Assembly (NCBI GenBank): GCA_963667015.2
Contig: CAXXJJ010000001.1
Coordinates: 2,656,001 to 2,720,000, forward strand
DNA: 64,000 nucleotides
Direction: 5' to 3'
From: Desulfatiglandales bacterium
Lineage (GTDB): Bacteria; Desulfobacterota; DSM-4660; Desulfatiglandales; HGW-15
The notes under the pieces were generated by a model, which saw only the letters and a program-made list of their open reading frames with translations, ran no database searches and had not been told where the DNA came from. Position numbers and translations under genes: made by a program. Below, in pieces: positions 46,809-54,893 of this stretch (the stretch's first letter is position 1; each line of letters opens with the position of its first letter).

Positions 46809-47927
46809 ATGGATTTTAAAGAGGATTCTCTAAAGTGGTTTGGTGATCAGATAACCGAAATTATAAGTGGTAAGAAATTATCAAGAGAAACAGCAAAAAA
46901 GATGATGATGGATACCCTGACAGGCTCACAGCCTGATCTCCAGCAGGGGGCGTTTCTTGCATCACTGAGAATGAAAGGTGAAACAGCGGATGAGATTGTA
47001 GGGTGTTATGAAGCAATAATCGAGTCTGATACAAACAGTGTAAACCTTGAAGATATGCCTGTTGTGGAAAACTGTGGAACCGGTATGGACAGTCTGAAAA
47101 CATTCAACATAAGCACATTGTCAGCTATAGTCGCAGCATGCATGGATGTACCTATTGCAAGACATGGAGCAAGGGCAATAAGTTCAAAGTGCGGTACAGT
47201 GGATCTGTGTGAAGCCCTTGGTGTTGATGTTGACTGCAGTGTGAATACAGTTAAAGAATCTATTGAACAGTGTGGCCTTGGTCTTTTTAATGGAACAAGT
47301 GCAGAGGTTCACCCAATGGGATTGGGAAGAATCCTGTCACAGATAAGGTTCGGGACAACACTGAATATCGCTGCATCCCTTGCAAATCCGGCTCTTCCTA
47401 AACTGGCTGTCCGGGGAGTGGGTGCTCCTGAACAGATAGAGCCTACATTAAAAGTTATGAAACAGATTGGTTATAAAAAAGGTCTTGTATTCCATGGATT
47501 TAATATGGATAGAACTGCGGGTATGGATGAGCTTTCTACTCTTGGCGTCTCAAAGATCGGTTTTTTCCGGAAAAACGTGGATACTGAGTATTTTGAGATT
47601 AAACCCGAGGATACAGGGTTATCAACCGGTAACTATGAAGATATCAGGCCTGATTCGGATAGTGCTTCTGAAGCTATAAAGGCTGTCCTGTTACTGGCGG
47701 GAAAGAGCAGTCGAAGCAGGATAGATATTGTATCTCTCAATGCCGGAGCAATACTGTGGATGGCTGAAAAGGTGGCAAATCTCAGGGAGGGCGTTATAGC
47801 TGCAAAACAGATTATTAATGAAGGAAAGGCCCTTAAAAAATTGGTGTCATGGGTAAAGACACAGAATCGCGAGCCTGAATCAGGTAATGGTATTATAAGC
47901 CGCCTGTGCCGGGAGAGTAATATTTGA
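46809..47927 (+). CDS. Anthranilate phosphoribosyltransferase-like (TrpD family) protein, divergent
   Basis: GAFLASLRMKGET, CGTGMD, TFNIST, RHGARAISSKCGTVD, GMDELS, NAGA; no other trp gene nearby. Confidence 0.85.
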   Translation: MDFKEDSLKWFGDQITEIISGKKLSRETAKKMMMDTLTGSQPDLQQGAFLASLRMKGETADEIVGCYEAIIESDTNSVNLEDMPVVENCGTGMDSLKTFNISTLSAIVAACMDVPIARHGARAISSKCGTVDLCEALGVDVDCSVNTVKESIEQCGLGLFNGTSAEVHPMGLGRILSQIRFGTTLNIAASLANPALPKLAVRGVGAPEQIEPTLKVMKQIGYKKGLVFHGFNMDRTAGMDELSTLGVSKIGFFRKNVDTEYFEIKPEDTGLSTGNYEDIRPDSDSASEAIKAVLLLAGKSSRSRIDIVSLNAGAILWMAEKVANLREGVIAAKQIINEGKALKKLVSWVKTQNREPESGNGIISRLCRESNI

Positions 47928-47969
47928 ATTGTTACAGCACAGTAATTTTCAAGATAAAGGAGAAACGAA

Positions 47970-49019
47970 ATGTATAATAAAATCATAAAAGAAATAAAAC
48001 CAGTTTCCAAAGAATGGATAAACAAAGCCTGGGCAAGGCTTGATAATTTAAGTAAACCCACAAGGAGCCTGGGATATCTCGAGGAGCTGGCAGCGAGAAT
48101 AGTATCGATTTATGAAGCTGAAAAACCGGAGATTCAAAAAAAAGCGGTTTATGTTTTTGTAGGAGACCATGGTATTGTTGAAGAGGGCGTCAGTGCATAT
48201 CCACCGGAAGTAACAGCTTTAATGGTAAAGAATTTTCTTATTGGAGGCGCAGGCATTAATGTGCTTTCCCGCCGAGCAGGTGCTGATGTATATATTGTTG
48301 ATATAGGAATGAAAGAAGAGTTAAAGGATGCTGAAGGTCTTATTGACAGGAATATAAAGAGATCAACCGATAATATGGCAAAAGGCCCGGCAATGACAAA
48401 AGAAGAAGCAGAAAGTGCGATAAATGCCGGTATTGAAATAGCTTTAAATGCGGCTGATAATGGCGTAAATATGATTGCTACAGGTGAAATGGGTATTGGT
48501 AATACAACTCCGTCGTCTGCATTGTATTCCGTTCTGCTGCCTGCGGATCTTGTTGCTGTAACTGATAAGGGTACCGGTCTTGAGGATGAAGGCGTCAAAT
48601 TAAAGGTAAAGGCAATTGAAAAAGCCCTTGAAATAAATAAAAGTTTAATGGATGATCCTGTATCAGCTCTTGCGGCGGTTGGCGGACTTGAAATAGCAGG
48701 TATATGCGGTTTATGTCTCGGGGCAGCCTCAAGGCGAATGGCAGTTGTAGTTGACGGATTTATCTCAAGCGTTGGGGCACTGGTAGCAATGAGGATGTGT
48801 CCGGCTGTGAAGGACTATCTCTTCTTCTCACATAAGTCTTCAGAAAAGGGGCATATGATCTTTTGTGAAAAGGAAGGAATCAGGCCCATACTGGATCTTG
48901 ACCTTAGACTTGGTGAGGGAACAGGAGCTGCCTGTGCAATGCAGATTATTGAAAACGCAGTAAGTATTTATAATGAAATGGCCACATTTGATGATGTTGG
49001 TATAGAGGCAGGAGCCTAA
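47970..49019 (+). CDS. cobT: Nicotinate-nucleotide:lower-base phosphoribosyltransferase
   Basis: KPTRSLGYLE, DHGI, GEMGIGNTT, GGLEI, DGFI, RLGEGTGA. Confidence 0.96.
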   Translation: MYNKIIKEIKPVSKEWINKAWARLDNLSKPTRSLGYLEELAARIVSIYEAEKPEIQKKAVYVFVGDHGIVEEGVSAYPPEVTALMVKNFLIGGAGINVLSRRAGADVYIVDIGMKEELKDAEGLIDRNIKRSTDNMAKGPAMTKEEAESAINAGIEIALNAADNGVNMIATGEMGIGNTTPSSALYSVLLPADLVAVTDKGTGLEDEGVKLKVKAIEKALEINKSLMDDPVSALAAVGGLEIAGICGLCLGAASRRMAVVVDGFISSVGALVAMRMCPAVKDYLFFSHKSSEKGHMIFCEKEGIRPILDLDLRLGEGTGAACAMQIIENAVSIYNEMATFDDVGIEAGA

Positions 49020-49027
49020 GGCATTTA

Positions 49028-49768
49028 ATGATTAAAGGACTTGTGACAGCAGTAAGGACACTGACAGTAATCCCTTTTCCCGGAAAGGAATGTGAAGATT
49101 TTTCATCAGCCCTTCCATGGTTCCCGGTTGTTGGGCTCATGCTGGGTGTGATCCTTTATCTGGCAGCCACATTATGGAATGCTCTTCCATTTGATCAATG
49201 GAACTGGGGTTGTGCCGCTGTTCTTTGTGTGCTTTTAATATGGCTCACAAGGGGTCTTCATATGGACGGCCTTGCAGACTGGGCAGATTCTCTTGGCGGC
49301 TTTGAAAGAGAACGCAGGCTTGCAATTATGAAGGATTCTTCACTCGGGGCGTTCGGCGGGATGGCCCTGGTCCTGGGTATTCTGTTTAAATTAACTGCCT
49401 TTGAGCGATTACTTTCATCCGGTACCTTTATCTTTTTATTAATTGTCCCTGTTGTATCAAGAAACATGCTTGTTGAGCTTCAGACCACGTTGCCATATGC
49501 AAGGAACAACGGAATGGCATGCGTGTTTATTAAGGATGCAAATATTCGTCACCGGATTATTTCACATATTATTGCATTCATATTATGCTGTATATTTGGA
49601 TTTACAGGTATCATACTTTATGCCTCCGCGTTTGCGGTGACACTGTTTTTAAAAGGTATGTTCAGGAGACAGTTTAATGGTATAACCGGTGACCTGCTCG
49701 GGGCCTCCAATGAGATTATTGAGGTTATACTTTTTATGATTATTGCGATCTCGGGTAAAATATTATGA
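49028..49768 (+). CDS. cobS: Adenosylcobinamide-GDP ribazoletransferase (cobamide synthase)
   Basis: GLHMDGLADWAD, MKDSSLGAFG, GITGDLLGA. Confidence 0.95.
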   Translation: MIKGLVTAVRTLTVIPFPGKECEDFSSALPWFPVVGLMLGVILYLAATLWNALPFDQWNWGCAAVLCVLLIWLTRGLHMDGLADWADSLGGFERERRLAIMKDSSLGAFGGMALVLGILFKLTAFERLLSSGTFIFLLIVPVVSRNMLVELQTTLPYARNNGMACVFIKDANIRHRIISHIIAFILCCIFGFTGIILYASAFAVTLFLKGMFRRQFNGITGDLLGASNEIIEVILFMIIAISGKIL

Positions 49769-50838
49769 CAAAAACACATAAACACGGCGGAAATCCCCTT
49801 GATGATCTCTCAAGGTTTAAACTGTCTGAAAGAAAAATAATAGATTTCAGTGTCAACCTTAACCCCATCGGGATGCCCGAAGTCATATCGGAAAAATGGG
49901 GCAGCCTTTATAATGCTGTTATGGATTATCCCAGTATTGAAGGCAGGGGAATTGTTGATTTTTATACCAGCAAGACAGGGATTGAATCATCAGAATTCCT
50001 GGCTGGAAACGGTTCCACAGAGCTTATATATCTTATTCCAAGGGTGCTTAAATTTAAAAAAGTACTGATTCTTACACCCTCATTCCATGATTATGAACGC
50101 GCATCTGTGCTTGCGGGTGCAACGGTTGTTAGATATCCTCTTGATCCTGAAAAGGGTTTTCATTTTCTTTCTTTAGATGAATTATCCGAAAAGGCCCGTG
50201 AGGTTGATGCGGTGTGGGTTGGCCGACCTAATAACCCTACAGGCGGTATGTTCTCAAAGGATATTATTATTAAACTTGCAACACAGTTTCCTGAAAAATA
50301 TTTTATTGTTGATGAGGCATTCATTCAGTTTGCTGATAACTGGCAGGAAGAGAGCCTGATCTCTTCAGAAAAATATCCCAATATTATTGTCGTTCATTCA
50401 TTTACAAAATATTACGCCGTTGCAGGACTGCGCATGGGTGGCCTGATAGGGCACAGGGATACAATAAATATCCTGAATGAGAATAAAGAGCCCTGGTCAG
50501 TTAACGGGATTGCAGAAAAGGTAGCTGTTCTTCTCATGGATTGTGAAGAGTATGAAAAGAAAACCATTGAATTTCTGCGCCATGAAAGAGAAAGAGTTTT
50601 TAATGAGCTGAAAAAAATGAATGGGATAGAGGCTTTTCCTTCACATGCGAACTTTTTTTTATGCAGATGGGATAAAACAGATAATCTTGATCACCTCATA
50701 GGATACCTCCTGAAGAATGGAGTCTATATCAGGGACTGCAGGAACTTCCCCGGCCTGGAGGCGAATTTTTTCAGGTTTGGAATACGTTCGGTCAAAGATA
50801 ATAATATATTATTGTCCCTGCTTTCATCATTTGATTAA
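49765..50838 (+). CDS. cobD: L-threonine-O-3-phosphate decarboxylase
   Basis: HGG, DFSVNLNP, GNGSTELI, PNNPTG, DEAF, SFTKYYAVAGLRMG, IRDCRNF. Confidence 0.9.
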   Translation: MTKTHKHGGNPLDDLSRFKLSERKIIDFSVNLNPIGMPEVISEKWGSLYNAVMDYPSIEGRGIVDFYTSKTGIESSEFLAGNGSTELIYLIPRVLKFKKVLILTPSFHDYERASVLAGATVVRYPLDPEKGFHFLSLDELSEKAREVDAVWVGRPNNPTGGMFSKDIIIKLATQFPEKYFIVDEAFIQFADNWQEESLISSEKYPNIIVVHSFTKYYAVAGLRMGGLIGHRDTINILNENKEPWSVNGIAEKVAVLLMDCEEYEKKTIEFLRHERERVFNELKKMNGIEAFPSHANFFLCRWDKTDNLDHLIGYLLKNGVYIRDCRNFPGLEANFFRFGIRSVKDNNILLSLLSSFD

Positions 50839-50852
50839 GCATAACAGATGCC

Positions 50853-51854
50853 ATGTCAATATATCATGCCTCAATAATACTGATTTCAGGCTTTATCCTT
50901 GATCTTGTCGTCGGTGATCCGGTCTACAGGTATCATCCTGTCAGGATAATCGGGAACCTTATTGATGCACTGCAGAAAATAATTAAAAAAGCATACCCTG
51001 GCAACAGGTCTTCGGGTGTTTACCTTGCAGCGCTTACCTTGTTTTTTTCGCTTTTTATATATTCATCACTTTTTTTATTGTTTAATAGAATTCATCCCGT
51101 AGCAGGGATTTTATTGAATATATATTTTGTATATTCGCTAATTGCATTAAGGGATCTTTTAATGCACTGCCGCCCTGTAATGGATGCACTCAGAGGTAAG
51201 GATCTAAAAAATGCCAGGAAGGCTATAGGGATGATAGTGGGACGGGATGTTAATTACCTTGATGAATCGGGTATTGTAAGGGCTGCTATTGAAACACTGG
51301 CAGAAAATTTTGTGGACGGATTCCTGTCCCCTGTCTTCTGGTATACTGCAGGGTGCCTGACAGGAGTATTTTTCAACATTAATCCTGTCTGTTTCGGTGT
51401 TGTTTTTCTGATACTCTTTAAGGTCGCCTCTACCCTGGACTCCATGGTGGGTTATAAAACAGCGGAATTCAGAGAAATAGGGTGGGCCGGTGCAAGGCTG
51501 GATGATCTTATGAATTTTATTCCGGCACGTCTTTCACTGATAGTTCTTTTTCCGGGTGCCGTGCTATCCGGTCTTCATCCATTAAGTGGATTAAGAATTT
51601 TCTTCAGGGACAGGCTTAAACATGAATCTCCCAATTCTGCCCATTCCGAAAGTTTTGTAGCCGGAGCAAGCAGAGCAAGGCTTGGCGGGCCAACAAGATA
51701 TAGTGACGGAGTCAAAGAAAAGCCATGGCTTGGTAAGGAATTTCCTGATCCTGATTTTACTGATATAAGACGTGTTATGAAACTCATCCTGATATCATCA
51801 TGTCTGACAGTATCATTCTTTTCATCAATAATCTTCTTAATGTATAAGATATAG
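50853..51854 (+). CDS. cbiB: Adenosylcobinamide-phosphate synthase
   Basis: GDP, HPV, VGRD, ETLAENFVDG, TLDSMVGY, DDLMNFIPARL, SPNS. Confidence 0.95.
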   Translation: MSIYHASIILISGFILDLVVGDPVYRYHPVRIIGNLIDALQKIIKKAYPGNRSSGVYLAALTLFFSLFIYSSLFLLFNRIHPVAGILLNIYFVYSLIALRDLLMHCRPVMDALRGKDLKNARKAIGMIVGRDVNYLDESGIVRAAIETLAENFVDGFLSPVFWYTAGCLTGVFFNINPVCFGVVFLILFKVASTLDSMVGYKTAEFREIGWAGARLDDLMNFIPARLSLIVLFPGAVLSGLHPLSGLRIFFRDRLKHESPNSAHSESFVAGASRARLGGPTRYSDGVKEKPWLGKEFPDPDFTDIRRVMKLILISSCLTVSFFSSIIFLMYKI

Positions 51855-52150
51855 AAAGGTGCACATTTATTTGTGCATGATGCCCTGTAAAGTGTGCAAA
51901 AAATCCTTCATTTTAATATCATCCTTATATTTTTAACTCTTAATTATTAAAAATAATGTTAAATTAAGATGAATATCAAGATGTTATGTAAATATGTCTG
52001 GCATGGTCCTTATTTGTTGTTTATTGGCATAAAATTTGTATGTATCTCGTATATAAAATTCTCCAGGGCACGTGCATCTGTCAATGCCATCTTCAAAAAA
52101 AAGAGGATCCAGGGCAATTGAATAAAACGACTCTCAGGGAATTTATATAA

Positions 52151-52909
52151 TCAGGATTGAATATCAACAGGGCCTGTCTCAGGAACTCCCTGTTCCTTTA
52201 TTTTTCTCCAGGGCCTTTCTTCTCCAAGCTGCTCATCGCACCATCTGGCAGCGCTGTTTAAGCTGTCTTCCAGGAGTTTTTTGTACTTATCAAGCTCGTC
52301 TCCTTCTGCGTCTTCAGGCACCCATATGGGTTTGGAGATGTGGTATACTATTCTGGCAAAGGGTTTTGGTATAATAAACCTGTCCCAGCTGTTCAGTAAC
52401 CAGCACCTGTCGGTTCCCCACATCATTGGAATCATCGGCGCCCTGCTTCTTTTTGCAAGTAAAACAGCCCCCATTTTAGCAACCCTAGGAGGCCCAAGCG
52501 GTCCATCGACTACCATTCCTCCGTTTGTTTCTCCTTTGATTATCTTCTGGGCCAGTTTTACCAGGGCGGCCATACCTCCCCTGGTTGATGAGCCTCTAAC
52601 ATCTCCAAGACCAAAGGCGTTTATCAGTCTTGCCGCAAATTCTCCGTCACGGCTCTGGCTCACCATTACAGTTACTCCTTTTTTTGAAAGGTAGCGGGGA
52701 TGAAAGGCGAGTCTCTGATGCCATGAACAGTAAACCGCTTTACCTCCTGATTTTTCAAGTGCCTCTTTTTCAAGTTCCGCGCCTTCAATCCTTACAACCC
52801 TGTATGAACAAAGCAGGAGCTTTATTATGGATGTAAATATAGGAAAGATAGTATTAAAAACGATCGGATCATACCATCGGGATGTTTTGCGGCGTCCTTT
52901 TCTGGCCAT
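52151..52909 (-). CDS. DUF374 / lysophospholipid acyltransferase family protein
   Basis: WHQR, VSQSRDGE, RGSSTRGG, DGPLGP, SWDRFIIPKPF. Confidence 0.88.
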   Translation of the reverse strand: MARKGRRKTSRWYDPIVFNTIFPIFTSIIKLLLCSYRVVRIEGAELEKEALEKSGGKAVYCSWHQRLAFHPRYLSKKGVTVMVSQSRDGEFAARLINAFGLGDVRGSSTRGGMAALVKLAQKIIKGETNGGMVVDGPLGPPRVAKMGAVLLAKRSRAPMIPMMWGTDRCWLLNSWDRFIIPKPFARIVYHISKPIWVPEDAEGDELDKYKKLLEDSLNSAARWCDEQLGEERPWRKIKEQGVPETGPVDIQS

Positions 52910-53069
52910 CAGGTCTCCTTGTAAATCCTTGAAAAAATAAAAAAGAGAAACATACAGTTATAAAGGGCTTTATGTAAAGAAGAATCAAAACATTAATAAA
53001 AGTTATTTATAGTAATTATAAGTAATATAAAAGGATATAAAAATAAACATATGTTAAAATAAAAATAAC

Positions 53070-53097
53070 TTGACAAATAATGATCATAAAAGATACT
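53070..53097 (+). promoter_or_regulatory. Putative sigma70 promoter for the 53.3 kb operon
   Basis: TTGACA-N16-GATACT preceded by a very AT-rich tract. Confidence 0.4.
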
Positions 53098-53304
53098 TAA
53101 TCACAGATTTTGTCAGGGTTTTCAGGAGAATATTGCGTAAACATCCAATATTTTGCCACTTAACTCTCTGCTAAAATAATTAAACAAACTTGAAAAGATA
53201 ATAATCAGTTAATAAAACCTGAATTAAGGTAAAAGTTCAAAAGTTTTCTTATGTTATATATCAGTATTGATATAATTTTAACCTTATTCCGAGTAAATTA
53301 AAAA

Positions 53305-54042
53305 ATGTTACAAGGCCTTTTTTTCGCCAACTTCGTTGTCTATTTTCTACTGCTGTTTTCCCGCATTATCGGTTTCAGGATATTTGAACTTGTTACATGT
53401 ATGGGAGCGGCCCTGCTTAACCTTTTTGTACTGGTCTACATGTATCACTGCTCCGGCAATCTCCCTGTATTTAACATCTTCGAATCTTTCCTGTTAATAT
53501 CCTTTATTATATGCCTGACAGGGCTTCTTGTACTCTTCAGGGGAGATTATTCAGAAAAGGTACGCAGGTGGGTCTGGCTTGAGATCATTATACTGTTTCT
53601 GATTACGAGTTTTTTTCCGAAAGAGACAAGTCTTTCTGTCTATGACCACGGATATGTATATGTAGTCCTGTTCCATGCCTTTCGTTGTATAGCTCTGGCG
53701 TTAATGCTCTTTTCTACTGCATGGTTTACTCAGTTCATTATCCAGAGAGAAATGAATGAAAGGACAAGTATGCTCGCTCACGCGGGAAGAAACTATCTTC
53801 TCCTTGCCGCGGTTTTTTACCTGATGGGCGAATATGTAGGGATTATCTGGTGCCAGAAGGGGTGGGGTGATTTCTGGATGTGGAGCCAGACCTTTCTGCA
53901 GTCAACCCTGGTTGTGCTTTATCTGATGCTTGCCTTCCATATCCCTGGTAAAGGAAGAAGATCAGAAGATATCAGGTGCCTGATTGGCGGATTCAGCAGT
54001 ATCTTTTTTCTCAGCCTGGCTGTTATGAGGAGTTTATATTGA
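53305..54042 (+). CDS. CcsA/ResC-like cytochrome c assembly protein
   Basis: Multi-TM; LPVFNIFES, LFH, and tryptophan-rich GIIWCQKGWGDFWMWS...LAFH. Confidence 0.75.
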   Translation: MLQGLFFANFVVYFLLLFSRIIGFRIFELVTCMGAALLNLFVLVYMYHCSGNLPVFNIFESFLLISFIICLTGLLVLFRGDYSEKVRRWVWLEIIILFLITSFFPKETSLSVYDHGYVYVVLFHAFRCIALALMLFSTAWFTQFIIQREMNERTSMLAHAGRNYLLLAAVFYLMGEYVGIIWCQKGWGDFWMWSQTFLQSTLVVLYLMLAFHIPGKGRRSEDIRCLIGGFSSIFFLSLAVMRSLY

Positions 54043-54878
54043 GCAGGGTAACCGAAAAACTATCTTCAATGTATCTAACCATGTGGATACTTGTCTTCCT
54101 TTTGCTGTGGCTGGGGCTTGGGCTCTATATGGCCGGTGCAGAATCTTTTGCAAAAGATTTCAGGGCAATGAACAATGTTCTTGTCAGTGACTGGCTCTTT
54201 TCTGATAAGCCCGGATCAGGCTTTCTTAAGATCTGGTTTGCAGTCCTTTGTGCAGCCATGACTGTCATTGGTATAAACCTTATTTTCTGTTCCTGGAGCA
54301 AGATATTCAGGATAATTAGGGCACGGTTCAGCGGTAATCAGTTATTCATGCTGATTGTTCATGCAATATTCGGATTTGTTGCCCTCGGCCATCTTGGCGG
54401 ACTTATGCTTGGATTTGAATATAATGACATCAGGCTGGGTAAGGGGATAACTCATAACATTAAAGAAGGGTATGGGATAGAAGTAAAGGATGTCCATTTT
54501 GTGGGTGATACAGAGGCCCTTGCAAAATCAAAAAGGGATATCACACGTGATGAGCTCGATTACTCTAAAAGCTATGTGGATGTATCCTTGAGCAGAGATG
54601 GAAATATCTTAAAGACCCAGAGGTTATTCCTGCTCAAACCAATGAATTACAGGGATGTGCATGTCACACTCAGGAGTTTTGTATTGCCGGATAATTTTAA
54701 AGGTGAACCGGGGCCTGATACTGAGGCGTGGGCGATGTTTACCCTTTCAAGAAATCCGGCCCTTAAGATGTTTCTTGTAATCTATCCGGTAATGATAGCC
54801 GGAATATTTATTTATCTGGTTATTACATGGCGTAAATCTCGTTTTAATAAAAATAACATTCCTGAACAGGGAATATAA
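54039..54878 (+). CDS. ResB/CcsB-like cytochrome c biogenesis membrane protein
   Basis: TTG start at 54039 with RBS GAGGAG, overlapping the upstream stop; LSSMYLT, INLIFCS, LIVH, periplasmic domain, SRNP plus final TM match ResB layout. Confidence 0.62.
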   Translation: MSRVTEKLSSMYLTMWILVFLLLWLGLGLYMAGAESFAKDFRAMNNVLVSDWLFSDKPGSGFLKIWFAVLCAAMTVIGINLIFCSWSKIFRIIRARFSGNQLFMLIVHAIFGFVALGHLGGLMLGFEYNDIRLGKGITHNIKEGYGIEVKDVHFVGDTEALAKSKRDITRDELDYSKSYVDVSLSRDGNILKTQRLFLLKPMNYRDVHVTLRSFVLPDNFKGEPGPDTEAWAMFTLSRNPALKMFLVIYPVMIAGIFIYLVITWRKSRFNKNNIPEQGI

Positions 54879-54893
54879 AAGGAGGAACGGAAA

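Noticed and set aside
46809..47927. Assigning gene symbol trpD / tryptophan biosynthesis
   Set aside because: No other trp genes nearby, cobalamin-riboswitch context and altered acceptor-site motifs.
51999..52040. Two sigma54-like TGGCA motifs
   Set aside because: The -12 GC is absent (GG-N10-AT and GG-N10-GT) and no plus-strand gene follows.
53976..54038. ORF-track start of the ResB-like gene
   Set aside because: TTG at 54039 has an RBS and couples to the upstream stop; the longer start overlaps the CcsA-like gene.
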